DNA of 63,975 nucleotides, filler included, from an uncultured bacterium (GTDB taxonomy: Bacteria; CAYJOG01), in assembly GCA_964371695.1 (NCBI GenBank). It is 13 parts of 13 records of this genome, joined end to end, with 100 filler letters (N's around TTAATTAATTAA, not from the genome) between each part and the next. Parts side by side here need not be neighbours in the genome. Positions count along the whole stretch, not along the records: positions 5,081 to 10,034 come from CAYJOG010000250.1; positions 10,135 to 15,076 come from CAYJOG010000251.1; positions 15,177 to 20,086 come from CAYJOG010000252.1; 10 more parts are not named here. One strand, given 5' to 3'. The stretch's first letter is position 1, and each line of letters begins with the position of its first letter. The position numbers were made by a program, and so were the translations under genes. Positions 8,706-18,695 of this stretch are shown here, piece after piece. A model generated the notes under the pieces. That model did not search any database. It had not been told where the DNA came from and saw only the letters and a list, made by a program, of their open reading frames with translations.

Positions 8706-10034
8706 TTACGAGACCTCCACGGGAACGGTCCTGAGCTGTTTGAGTATGCGGCGGCTGCGCAGCACCTTGGCCAGTTTGCCCTGGTCAGGCGCGCCGGTGA
8801 GCAAAGCCCGCAGTTCGGCCCACAGCCGCCGGGGCCGCAGCAGAAAACTCAGGCCAAAAAACAGGCCATAGGCCGCCAGCACATAGGCCCGCAGCAGGCC
8901 GTGGCCCAGACGGGGGTTATAACTGGTCTGCCGCCCCAGGCTCAGCCAGTGAAACAGGTTGTCGTAATAGGCGTCGTTCACCGTGAGGCTGCCCTGGGTC
9001 AGCAGGTCGTTGAAATCCTGCGAGCCGGGCACGGGCACAAAGGTGCTGAGGTTGATTTCGCTGAAACCCGCCGCCGCGCAGCGCCCGATGAGGCCCAGGG
9101 TTTTCATCAGGCTGCCCGGCGTGTCATAGGGAAACCCCACCACAAAAAACGCCCCCACGCGCACACCGTGTTGCATGAGGGCGCGGGCGGCCACCAGTTG
9201 CCGCTTTGTGTCGGTGCGTTTTTTGGAGCGCTTCAGCACGGCGGCGTCGCCCGATTCCAGGGCAAAGGCCAGGTTTTTGAGTCCGGCGCGGGACAGTGCC
9301 GCCGCGACTTCTTGATTGATCACCTCGCTGCGTGTGCCGCTGGGCAGTTGCCAGGTGAAGCCTGCCGCACGGCGGGTGATTTCTTCGCACAGCGCCAGCG
9401 TCCACTGGCGGCTCACAATGGCGGTGAGGTCGGCGAAGTGAAAATCGGTCGCGCCAAAGGCCGCGTGATAACGGTGCATTTCATCCACCACGCTGGCGGG
9501 CGAACGCATGACGTAGCGGGTGGTCCACATGGCGGGGCTGGCGCAGAAAGTGCATTCGTGGGGGCAGCCCCGTGTGGCCAGAATGGGCATGAAAGGCCCA
9601 CGGTTGGCCCCCACGCCGCTTTTTTGCGCCATGTAGGTTTTGACGGGAATATCCCGCCAGTCCGGCGGGGGCAGGTCATCCAGATTTTTCAGACGGGGGC
9701 GGGGAGGCTCGGTGCAGATTTTCCCCGCCGGAGTTTTCCAGGTCAGGCCCGCCACACCAGAAAAACCGGTTTGCGCCCTGTCGGTTGCTTCATTGCAACG
9801 GGACAGCAATTCCAGAAAAGCGGCCTCGCCCTCGCCCTTCACCACGGCGTGGGCGGGGGTTTCCTGCAACACCCGTTCCGGCAGGGCAGAGGGGTGCTCG
9901 CCCCCGGTCACCAGAAGCGCACCGGGGAACCCCTGTCCCAGAAGATTCAGCACCTGCCGCGCCAGGGGCCAGCTTGAAGAAAACATGCAGCTCAGACCGA
10001 TGACCTGTGTGTCGGGCGGAACCTTCTCAAGGAT
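8706..10034 (-). CDS. B12-binding radical SAM enzyme, paralog of the downstream gene; 5' truncated by contig end
   Basis: SCMFSSSWPL, GGEHPS, GEGE, TRGCPHECTFC; alignable throughout with 7104-8657. Confidence 0.92.
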   Translation of the reverse strand: MLEKVPPDTQVIGLSCMFSSSWPLARQVLNLLGQGFPGALLVTGGEHPSALPERVLQETPAHAVVKGEGEAAFLELLSRCNEATDRAQTGFSGVAGLTWKTPAGKICTEPPRPRLKNLDDLPPPDWRDIPVKTYMAQKSGVGANRGPFMPILATRGCPHECTFCASPAMWTTRYVMRSPASVVDEMHRYHAAFGATDFHFADLTAIVSRQWTLALCEEITRRAAGFTWQLPSGTRSEVINQEVAAALSRAGLKNLAFALESGDAAVLKRSKKRTDTKRQLVAARALMQHGVRVGAFFVVGFPYDTPGSLMKTLGLIGRCAAAGFSEINLSTFVPVPGSQDFNDLLTQGSLTVNDAYYDNLFHWLSLGRQTSYNPRLGHGLLRAYVLAAYGLFFGLSFLLRPRRLWAELRALLTGAPDQGKLAKVLRSRRILKQLRTVPVEVS

Positions 10035-10136
10035 NNNNNNNNNNNNNNNNNNNNNNNNNNNNNNNNNNNNNNNNNNNNTTAATTAATTAANNNNNNNNNN
10101 NNNNNNNNNNNNNNNNNNNNNNNNNNNNNNNNNNGT

Positions 10137-10346
10137 CTTGTGCTGACCACCACCGAGGCGGCGCGGGAAATCGAACTCTCCACCAAGCTGCAGACCACCG
10201 CGGTGGAGCAGGTCAACGTGGCCATTTCCAACGTGGCGCAGGCCACCAAGGAATCGGAAATCAGCACGGGGCAGACACTTCAGACGGCCTCTGAACTGAC
10301 CACGCTTTCCAGGGAGCTGCTGCTGCTCGTAGAGGAACAGGCATAG
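10137..10346 (+). CDS. Methyl-accepting chemotaxis protein, 3' fragment
   Basis: EIELSTK.QTTAVEQVN.AI C-terminal signalling helix immediately upstream of cheA. Confidence 0.85.
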   Translation, partial: LVLTTTEAAREIELSTKLQTTAVEQVNVAISNVAQATKESEISTGQTLQTASELTTLSRELLLLVEEQA

Positions 10347-10355
10347 ACCCGGCTC

Positions 10356-12413
10356 ATGGCCAAAGACCCCCTCAAATACTTCCGCATTGAAGTGCGTGAC
10401 CTGCTCGACCAGTTGGGCCGGGGGGTGCTGGAACTTGAAAAACCAGGCGCTGGTCCTGACCAGATTCAGCACCTGCTGCGTCTGGCCCACACCCTCAAGG
10501 GCGCGGCGCGGGTGGTCAAGCAGGTGGACATCGCGGACCTGGCCCACGCCGCCGAAGATCAGCTTTCCGCCATTCGGCAGGCCGGGCAGGAAGATTCCCG
10601 CGAGCGGTTCAATGTCCTGCTGAAGCTGCTGGACCAGATTCACGCCAAGGTGCAGGCGCTTGCGCCCGCGCCCGCTGAGGCCGGTGTTCCCGACGCGCCG
10701 CTGCATCACGAAGCCTTCAGGAGCACGTGGACAGACATGGCCGAGGTGGACGCCCTGCTGGATGGTGTTTCAGAAACCCACACGGTGCTGGGGGGTCTTC
10801 GCCGGAACGGTTTTTCACTGGAACGGGCGAGGCGTCTGGCGGACCTGCTGGCGGAACAACTGGCGGCGCGCGGGGCAAGGGAAAGCCTGCGGGCCGGGCT
10901 TCCGGGGGCAGACAAATCCCACGCCATTGCAGAGGAACTGCGCAGCCTGCTGGGCCATCTGGACCGTCAGGTGGTGCTGGGCGTGGAGCAGATGGACAGG
11001 GAGCTGAGGCAGGTTCGCGAAGCAGCGGAACAACTGCGCCTGATGCCCGCCAAGGCGCTTTTCACACCACTGGAACGGATGGTGCGCGACACGGCGCAGG
11101 CCCTGGGCAAGCAGGTGCGTTTTGAGGGACGGGGGGCCGAGGTGCGTCTGGACACCCAGGTGCTCGGAACGATGCAGGGGGCGCTTCTGCAAATCGCGCG
11201 CAATGCTGTCGCCCACGGCATTGAAAGCCCATCGCAGCGTCTGACGAGGAACAAGCCGCCAGTGGGTCACGTGCTGGTGGAAGTCCTCCGCAGGGGACGG
11301 CACGTGGTTTTTGGCGTGCAGGATGACGGAGGGGGGATAGACCTGGAGGCCATTCACCGCATGGCGGTTCAAAAAGGGCTGTCTCCCGCCCAGGCGGGAA
11401 AACTGGGCGCAAGCGACCTGATGCTGCTGCTTTTGCGCGGCGGCATCAGCACATCCGCCACTGTCACAGAGGTGGCGGGACGGGGAATCGGCATGGACAT
11501 TGTGCGCGAGACGGTGGAACGGCTGGGCGGGGATGTCTCGGTTCAGACCTCCTCTGACACAGGAACCCGGTTTGAACTGGTGGTCCCTTTGTCACTGGCG
11601 TCTCTGGAGGCTTTGATGGTGCAAAGCGCGGGCGTCACCGTTTCCATTCCCCTCGAGGCCATCCGTGAGTCCCGGCAGGTTTTGGCCAGGAGCCTTGCAA
11701 AATCCAGCATGGGCGATTCGGTGGTGCATGAAGGCAAGGCCATTCCCTTTGTCCCGCTTTCACGGGTGTTGCGCCTTGGTGTGCCCGCGTTTTGGGGTGA
11801 TCAGGCGTCGTGGCCGATGGTTGTTGTAGAAGGCGCGGGCGGGGAGCTTGCGGCGCTGGGCGTGGAACGGCTTCTGGGGGCTTTTAACGTCGTGCTCAGG
11901 CCCTTGCCGGAGCTGACCCCGGCAGACCCGGTGGTGAGCGGGGCCTCGATGGACGCCGACGGCAACCCCCAGCTTGTGCTGGACCCAGACGGGCTGGTGG
12001 CGGAAGCCATCCGTGAAGGCAGTTACGAAAAACCTGCCGCCAAAGCGTTGAAGCCCGTTCTGGTAATCGACGATTCCCTCACCACGCGCATGCTGGAACA
12101 AAGCATTCTCGAGTCAGCAGGCTATGCGGTGGACACCGCCAGTTCGGGAGAAGAAGCGCTGGAAATTGCCCGGACCAAAAAATATGCCCTTTTTCTGGTG
12201 GACGTTGAAATGCCCGGCATGGATGGATTCACCTTTATTGAGCGCACCCGCCAGGACCCGGACCTGCGGACAGTGCCCGCCATTCTGGTGACATCCCGGT
12301 CTTCTCCCGAAGACCTGCTGCGCGGGCAAAACGTGGGGGCGTCGGGTTATATGGTCAAAAGCGAGTTTGACCAAGTGGCGCTGCTGGCCAGCATCAGAAA
12401 GCTGGTGGGCTAG
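10356..12413 (+). CDS. cheA: Hybrid CheA histidine kinase (Hpt-HATPase-CheW-REC)
   Basis: LRLAHTLKGAA Hpt, RNAVAHGIE, DDGGG, GRGIGMD, CheW domain, C-terminal REC (DDS, DVEMP). Confidence 0.95.
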   Translation: MAKDPLKYFRIEVRDLLDQLGRGVLELEKPGAGPDQIQHLLRLAHTLKGAARVVKQVDIADLAHAAEDQLSAIRQAGQEDSRERFNVLLKLLDQIHAKVQALAPAPAEAGVPDAPLHHEAFRSTWTDMAEVDALLDGVSETHTVLGGLRRNGFSLERARRLADLLAEQLAARGARESLRAGLPGADKSHAIAEELRSLLGHLDRQVVLGVEQMDRELRQVREAAEQLRLMPAKALFTPLERMVRDTAQALGKQVRFEGRGAEVRLDTQVLGTMQGALLQIARNAVAHGIESPSQRLTRNKPPVGHVLVEVLRRGRHVVFGVQDDGGGIDLEAIHRMAVQKGLSPAQAGKLGASDLMLLLLRGGISTSATVTEVAGRGIGMDIVRETVERLGGDVSVQTSSDTGTRFELVVPLSLASLEALMVQSAGVTVSIPLEAIRESRQVLARSLAKSSMGDSVVHEGKAIPFVPLSRVLRLGVPAFWGDQASWPMVVVEGAGGELAALGVERLLGAFNVVLRPLPELTPADPVVSGASMDADGNPQLVLDPDGLVAEAIREGSYEKPAAKALKPVLVIDDSLTTRMLEQSILESAGYAVDTASSGEEALEIARTKKYALFLVDVEMPGMDGFTFIERTRQDPDLRTVPAILVTSRSSPEDLLRGQNVGASGYMVKSEFDQVALLASIRKLVG

Positions 12414-12416
12414 ACC

Positions 12417-13493
12417 ATGAAAAAAATCCGTGTTCTGGTGGTAGAAGACTCGTTGACCGTTCGCAAACAGCTTTGCGACGTGATTGCCTCCGACCCGGAG
12501 ATGGAGCTGGTCGCCGAGGCCGAAGACGGCAAAAGCGCCATTGCCCTGTGCCAGCAACACCGCCCGGACGTGCTGGCCATGGACATGATGTTGCCGGTGA
12601 TGAGTGGTCTGGCCGCCACGGAATTCATCATGGCCCATTGCCCCACGCCCATTTTGGTGGTTTCGGCTTCCGTCAACAGGGGCGAACTGTTCAAAACCTA
12701 CGAAGCCCTGGCCGCAGGCGCGGTGGATGTTTTGGAAAAACCCAGAGGGGATGAGCCGGACGGACAATGGGAACAGCAGTTTCTCGCCGCGCTCAAGCTC
12801 GTGTCCCGCATTCGCGTCATCACCCATCCCCGCGCACGTCTGGGAACCATGGGCCGCCTGCCGGTTCTGGCCGAACCCGGGGCAACCCAGCCGGTGGCCC
12901 CCCGCCGGAATTTTCAGGTGGTGGCCATTGGGGCGTCCACCGGGGGGCCTGGCGCGATTGTGGACATTCTGCGGTCGCTGGGCAACGGCTTTGATTTGCC
13001 GGTTTTGCTGGTGCTGCACATCGGCGAAACATTCGGCGCGGCTTTTGCGGAATGGCTGGATGGCCAGACGCCCCGCCGCGTAACGACCGCGCAGGATGGC
13101 GAAGCAGTGGCAGCCGCCGCCGGGCGCGTTGTGATGGCCCCGCCGGGGCGACACCTCATGGTGCAGGAAGGCCGCCTGCGGTTGACCAGTGAGCCGGAGC
13201 GCCATTCCTGCCGCCCCTCCGTGGATGTGCTGTTTGAGTCCGTGGCCCAGGCCTATGGCCCGCAGGCGGTGGGTTGCCTGTTGACGGGCATGGGGCGGGA
13301 CGGCGCAACCGGGCTGCGGGATATGCGGACGGCGGGCGGCCTGACCCTGGCGCAGGACGAAGCCACCAGCGTTGTCTATGGCATGCCCCGAGAAGCGGCG
13401 CTTTTGGGCGCGGTGGAGCACGTTCTGCCCCTGGGGGAGATCGGCCCCTTCCTTTCTGCACTCGGCTCAGGAAACGGGCGGGGCGAACCATGA
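12417..13493 (+). CDS. cheB: Chemotaxis methylesterase CheB (REC + methylesterase)
   Basis: GASTGGP, VLH, PSVDVLF, LTGMGRDGA, YGMP. Confidence 0.96.
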   Translation: MKKIRVLVVEDSLTVRKQLCDVIASDPEMELVAEAEDGKSAIALCQQHRPDVLAMDMMLPVMSGLAATEFIMAHCPTPILVVSASVNRGELFKTYEALAAGAVDVLEKPRGDEPDGQWEQQFLAALKLVSRIRVITHPRARLGTMGRLPVLAEPGATQPVAPRRNFQVVAIGASTGGPGAIVDILRSLGNGFDLPVLLVLHIGETFGAAFAEWLDGQTPRRVTTAQDGEAVAAAAGRVVMAPPGRHLMVQEGRLRLTSEPERHSCRPSVDVLFESVAQAYGPQAVGCLLTGMGRDGATGLRDMRTAGGLTLAQDEATSVVYGMPREAALLGAVEHVLPLGEIGPFLSALGSGNGRGEP

Positions 13494-15076
13494 GCCACAC
13501 CGTTCTGATCGTGGATGACAGCCTGACGGTGCGGATGGACTTGGCCGAGGCGTTTCAAACGGCAGGGTTTGATGTGTTGCCCTGCGCCACCCTGGCAGAG
13601 GCGCGAAGTGCGCTGGCGCAGACCGCCGTGTCGGTGGTGGTGCTGGACGTGCTGTTGCCTGACGGCAACGGTGTGGATTTCCTTGAGGAGCTGCGCAGCA
13701 CCAGTCAGGGAAAAAACATGGTGGTTCTCATGCTTTCGTCTGAGGTGGAGGTGAAGGACCGGTTGCGCGCCCTGCAAACCGGCGCCAATGAATACGTGGG
13801 CAAACCCTATAACCGCGCCTATCTGATCGCCAAGACGAGGGAACTTCTGCGCATGCGCCAAAGACCGCTTTCGCCCGCAGATTTCACCATCCTGCTGATT
13901 GACGACAGCGTGACGTTTCGGGAAGAACTGAGAGAGGTGTTTGAGCGGGGAGGGCACCGGGTTCTGGTGGCGGAAAGCGGCGAAGAAGGCCTGCGCATGG
14001 CCGCCGACCACCGACCAAACGCCATTGTGGTGGATGGCGTGTTGCCCGGCATTGACGGCCCCACGGTGATCCGGCGGGTGCGCCTGGACGCAGCCCTGCG
14101 GGATGTTCCCTGTCTGCTGCTCACGGGCTCCCAGGACAGCACCGCAGAACTCGGCGCGCTGGAAGCCGGGGCCGACGCCTTTGTCCGAAAAGAGGAAGAC
14201 CCCGACGTGATGCTGGCGAAACTCTCTGCCGTTTTGCGCCGGGGAGCGGGCAGAGGCGTGGAAACCGCCAGCCTGCTGGGGCCTCGCCGGATTCTGGCTG
14301 TGGATGACAGCCTGACTTATCTGCAGGAACTGAGCGAAGCGTTGCAGGAAGAAGGTTATGACGTGATCCAGGCCCATTCGGGCGAGGAGGCGCTGGAGCT
14401 GTTGTCCATCCAGCCCGTGGACTGCATTCTGCTGGATCTGATCATGCCCGGCATGGGCGGCAAGGAAACCTGCCGCCGCATCAAATCTGCTGAAGTGGTG
14501 CGGGACATCCCCCTCATCATGCTGACGGCGATGGAGGACAGGGTCGCCATGCTGGAGGGCCTGGGCGCCGGGGCCGATGACTACATCACCAAGTCCGGCG
14601 AGTTCGAGGTGCTCCGGGCCCGTGTCCGCGCCCAGATTCGCCGCAAGCAGTTTGAAGACGAAAATCGTCGCATTCGCGAGGAGCTTGTTCGCCGGGAAAA
14701 CGAAGCCAGGTTTCATCGGCTCATCCAGTCCAACATCATCGGCATCATTCTGGGTAATCTCGGCGGTCGCCTCACCGATGCCAACGACACGCTGCTTTCC
14801 ATGCTGGGTTATACCCGCGCTGAACTGGAAGCGGGTTTCCTGTCGTGGGATGCCCTGACCCCGCCCGCATGGCGCACGCGCGACGAAGCGGCCGCCCGGC
14901 AACTCAAGGAGAACGGAAGCGCTGCGCCCTATGAAAAAGAATATTTCTGCAAGGATGGCCGCCGCCTGCCGGTGGAACTGGGGCTGGTGCTTCTGGAGCC
15001 GCCGGATTCCGTCATCGGGTTTGTGCTCGACAGGACAGAGCAACAAGCCGCCGGGGAAAAACTCAGGGAGTACGCC
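13490..15076 (+). CDS. Triple-receiver + PAS signalling protein (probable hybrid kinase), 3' truncated
   Basis: Three REC domains (VDDS..LDV, IDDS..VDG, VDDS..LDL) then PAS/PAC; ATGA overlap with cheB stop. Confidence 0.9.
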
Positions 15077-15178
15077 NNNNNNNNNNNNNNNNNNNNNNNN
15101 NNNNNNNNNNNNNNNNNNNNTTAATTAATTAANNNNNNNNNNNNNNNNNNNNNNNNNNNNNNNNNNNNNNNNNNNNGG

Positions 15179-16861
15179 GACATTCCCGGCAACCAGATGT
15201 TCTATTCCACCCGTTGGAAGGCCATGCTGGGATATGACGAAGACGAAATCGGCGCGATGCCCCAGGAGTGGCTGAGCCGGGTGCATCCCCACGATCAGGT
15301 CACCACCGAGGCGGCCCTCACCGCCCACCTGGAGGGCGCGACGCCTCACTTTGAAAACGAACACCGCCTGCGGCACAAGGATGGTTCTTTTCGCTGGGTG
15401 CTGTGTCGGGGGCTGGCGGTGCGCGACGACGCAGGCCACCCCGTGCGTATGGCGGGGTTCCTCACCGATATCACCGAGCGCAAGCGGGCCGAAGAACAGA
15501 TGCAGCGCAACGCCCTGCTGGACGGCCTCACGGGTCTTGCGAGCTGGACGCTTTTTGTAGACCGCCTGGGCCAAGCCCTGTGGCGTTCCAAACGCAGCGG
15601 CGGCGATTTTTTTGCCGTGCTGTTTGTGGACATTGACAACTTTCGCCTGCTCAACGACAGCTTCGGTTACAAAAAGGGCGATGAAGTGCTGCGCCTGATG
15701 GCCGCCCGCCTGCGCGAATGTGTGCGCCCTGGCGACACGGTGGGGCGGTTCAGTGGCGATGAGTTCACCGTGTTGGTGGAAGGTCTTTTGGACAGGGAGG
15801 AGTCCCTGGACGTGGTGCGGCGGGTGCAGGCGCGCCTGAGCGAGCCGGTGAGCCTGATGGGTGAAGAGGTGTTTCTCACCGTGAGCATTGGCGTGGCGCT
15901 GAGCCGCCAGAAATACGACCGGCCAGAGGAAATCATCCGCGACGCCGACCTGGCGATGTATCGCGCCAAGGGGCTTGGGCCGGGCAAATGGGCGGTTTTT
16001 GACGAAGAAAAAATGGCCTCCAATTCGCTTTCCACCGTGAAGCTGCGCACCGACATGCGCCGGGCGCTCGCGCGGAGCGAGTTTCGCCTGCATTACCAGC
16101 CCATTGTCCATCTGGCGGCGGAACGGCTGGTGGGGTTTGAAGCGCTGGTGCGGTGGCAGCACCCGGAGCGGGGCCTGCTGGGGCCGCTTTCGTTCATCCC
16201 CATGGCTGAAGAAACCCATCTCATTCACGAACTGGGCCAGTGGGTGATGGACGAGGCCTGCCGTCAGATACATATATGGCGCAGCCAGTTGCAGGATGAA
16301 GACCTGTTTGTGAGCGTGAACCTGTCGGCCACGCAGTTCAAGGAATCTGACCTGGTGGACCGCGTGCTGGCGTCGCTGAAAAACGCCGGTCTTGCCCCGA
16401 CGGGTCTGTGGCTGGAACTGACCGAGTCGGTGATGATGGAAAATCAGGACACGGCAGAGGCCACCCTGCGGTCTTTGCGCGAGGCCGGCGTGGGCCTGAG
16501 CCTGGATGACTTCGGCACCGGTTATTCCTCTCTCAGTTACCTGCACCGGTTCCCGCTCAATGCGCTTAAAATTGACCGGTCATTTGTGCAACAGTTGGGG
16601 CGCACCCAGGGTCAGGCGGGAATCACGGATGTCATTCTTGCGCTGGCGAAACAGTTGAACATGAAGGTTGTGGCAGAGGGTGTGGAAGAAGAAATGCAGG
16701 CGGCCCGGCTGCTCAGCCAGGGTTGTGATTTTGCGCAGGGTTATTTCTTTGCCCGGCCCCTTGAAGCCGACAAGGCCTGGGAACTGCTGCGCCGCCAGGG
16801 CAAAGAGGGCAAAGCGCCCTTTGCAGACTTCAAAAACGCTGCTCTTGACCCCCAGTGTTAA
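15179..16861 (+). CDS. PAS-GGDEF-EAL c-di-GMP enzyme, 5' truncated
   Basis: PAS_3 (VHPHD..DG.FRW), D.LTGL, RFSGDEF, EALVRW, DDFGTGYSS, QGY. Confidence 0.95.
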   Translation, partial: DIPGNQMFYSTRWKAMLGYDEDEIGAMPQEWLSRVHPHDQVTTEAALTAHLEGATPHFENEHRLRHKDGSFRWVLCRGLAVRDDAGHPVRMAGFLTDITERKRAEEQMQRNALLDGLTGLASWTLFVDRLGQALWRSKRSGGDFFAVLFVDIDNFRLLNDSFGYKKGDEVLRLMAARLRECVRPGDTVGRFSGDEFTVLVEGLLDREESLDVVRRVQARLSEPVSLMGEEVFLTVSIGVALSRQKYDRPEEIIRDADLAMYRAKGLGPGKWAVFDEEKMASNSLSTVKLRTDMRRALARSEFRLHYQPIVHLAAERLVGFEALVRWQHPERGLLGPLSFIPMAEETHLIHELGQWVMDEACRQIHIWRSQLQDEDLFVSVNLSATQFKESDLVDRVLASLKNAGLAPTGLWLELTESVMMENQDTAEATLRSLREAGVGLSLDDFGTGYSSLSYLHRFPLNALKIDRSFVQQLGRTQGQAGITDVILALAKQLNMKVVAEGVEEEMQAARLLSQGCDFAQGYFFARPLEADKAWELLRRQGKEGKAPFADFKNAALDPQC

Positions 16862-17176
16862 ACAAATTCGTGCTGCACAGGGGTGTGGCGGGGTTTGTTT
16901 TTTTAGTTGTTGTTCGTAAGAGCATATCGGGTTATTCTCATAAAGAGGTGAAAACAGACAAGAGGGAATGGGTTTTTTAACAAATAAGAGACGATAACGG
17001 CCATTTTGTTTTCAAATAAAGAACAGTTCTGTCTTTGATTTTGGTATTGTTCTTGCTATAAGGACTTGCAGAAGCAAACTGAGACGAATAAAAAGAACGA
17101 ATTAAGACCGTTTAACTACAAAACACTTAAACCTGACCCATTACTAAAACCAACGAGGTCTTGACCGGAGGAAAAC

Positions 17177-17944
17177 ATGTCTGCCATTGGCCGCCGAATT
17201 CGCGCTCGACGAGACGAACTGGGAATGACCCAGGCCATCCTTGCTGAAAAAGCCGGCTTGGGCCGCAGTTCCATTGCCCAATATGAACGGGGCCGCACCC
17301 GCCCCCGCGCCCGTGAGCTGGAAGCATTGGCAGGCGCCATGAACATGAGTGTGGATGAATTGCTCACAGGCCGTCAGAGCGGCCCCGGCGGCATGGCGAT
17401 GTACGACGCAGGCGGCAGTCTGGAACCCGAACAGGTGGCGCTGGGGGAAATCGTCCGCCATCCCCTGTTTGACGCCAAGGTGCGCAAAACCTTCCACGAG
17501 TTTCTCATGGCCATGCAAAAGGCTCTATATATGGAGCCAGACACCGGCAAGGCGGTTTCCAACATGCTGCTGAGAGAGGGCGGGGCGGCTTTTAACGTGG
17601 ATCAGGCTTCTTTTGCACGTTATGACGCACCGCTGCGGGAGATGGGCAAGGTGGTTTTCAGCCAGCCGGATCTGGGGGCGGGGGCCACGGCCCTGCTCAC
17701 CCTCAAGGTTACCCCCAAGGGGATTCCTTTCAAATCAGGTCAGACGCTGTTGCTGGAGCCGCATTTTTCCAGTCAAACCCAGGGAGAGTCAGACTGGTTC
17801 ATCGTGGGGCTTCGGGGCAAGGTGCATTTCGCCCGTCCCAATCCCCGTCAGGAAGGCCAGGGGTTTCTCAATCCCGAAGGGCTGGTGTTTTCCACCAAGG
17901 CCGAAACCCTGTTCAAGGTGCTGGGCGTTTACTCCACCAAATAG
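17177..17944 (+). CDS. XRE/CI-like HTH transcriptional regulator with degenerate S24-like C-terminus
   Basis: IGRRIRARR..LGMTQ..LA...GL.RSSIAQYERG; GGAGG RBS. Confidence 0.85.
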   Translation: MSAIGRRIRARRDELGMTQAILAEKAGLGRSSIAQYERGRTRPRARELEALAGAMNMSVDELLTGRQSGPGGMAMYDAGGSLEPEQVALGEIVRHPLFDAKVRKTFHEFLMAMQKALYMEPDTGKAVSNMLLREGGAAFNVDQASFARYDAPLREMGKVVFSQPDLGAGATALLTLKVTPKGIPFKSGQTLLLEPHFSSQTQGESDWFIVGLRGKVHFARPNPRQEGQGFLNPEGLVFSTKAETLFKVLGVYSTK

Positions 17945-18261
17945 ACCAAAGTCATAGAAGATGTAGACGAGAAAGGTTCCTTTGTAACGGGGTATAAAGA
18001 ACCTGCCCTGCTTTTTGTCTGGTTCGCCGGTTTCATCCGTGAAACCTTGCGAACAACGCCGCACGGCTCAGCCCAGCCCAAAAACAGGCTGGTTTCATGT
18101 AGATTTTTGGAAAAGGGAAGCATTGTTTTGACAAGCGACCAGCCGTGCTTCACCGGCGGCGGAACGGCCATCCTTGGCCTTTGGCCACGGATGCCGCCAA
18201 GCGCCACCTTGTACGCGCTTACTCTGACGAGGCTCTAGCCGCAGCACGACATGCAGCGATC

Positions 18262-18293
18262 AAAACCGACTCGCCAATACGGGCCGGTTTTTT
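18262..18293. terminator. Probable bidirectional intrinsic terminator
   Basis: aaaaccg...cggtttt imperfect hairpin with A/T tracts just past the STAS gene stop. Confidence 0.45.
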
Positions 18294-18296
18294 ATT

Positions 18297-18647
18297 TCAC
18301 GCGCCGAGTGTGTTGTCGAGCGAGGTCTGAAAATCAAACAGGCGGTCCAGGGCCACGGCTTCCAGCGTGATCAACACAAAATCATCCACCGCCACCAGCA
18401 CCGGCCTGGGCCAGTTGTGGTGCCGCGCCACCTGCACCAATCGCGCCAACAGAGACAGCCCCAGGCTCTGCATCAGTTCCACCTCGCTCAGGTCCATGAT
18501 CAGTCGCATTTCTCCCTTGGTGGTGGCCAGGGCTTCTTCCAGCAGGGGCTGAAGCGTCTGACCGTTGAAATGGTTGACCTCATGCAGATGAATGCGAAAC
18601 ACCAGGTCCTGACCCTGGGTTTTCCAAGTCATTACCGGTGAATCCAT
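18297..18647 (-). CDS. STAS domain protein (anti-sigma factor antagonist)
   Basis: LIMDLSEVELMQSLGLSLL...L..V.LDRLF; start moved to ATG 18647. Confidence 0.85.
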   Translation of the reverse strand: MDSPVMTWKTQGQDLVFRIHLHEVNHFNGQTLQPLLEEALATTKGEMRLIMDLSEVELMQSLGLSLLARLVQVARHHNWPRPVLVAVDDFVLITLEAVALDRLFDFQTSLDNTLGA

Positions 18648-18695
18648 GGTGGCATTGTAGAACAAGGTGAGCAGGGCAAGGTTAGGATTTACCCC

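Noticed and set aside
13490..16861. Apparent REC3-PAS...PAS-GGDEF-EAL single gene or Wsp-like operon across 15077-15176
   Set aside because: The two parts are on different contigs ordered by size; adjacency is not evidence of linkage
17945..18260. Possible ncRNA between the XRE and STAS genes (gcacggct/agccgtgc pairing)
   Set aside because: Single copy in the window, no recognisable family motif; cannot be distinguished from decayed repeat
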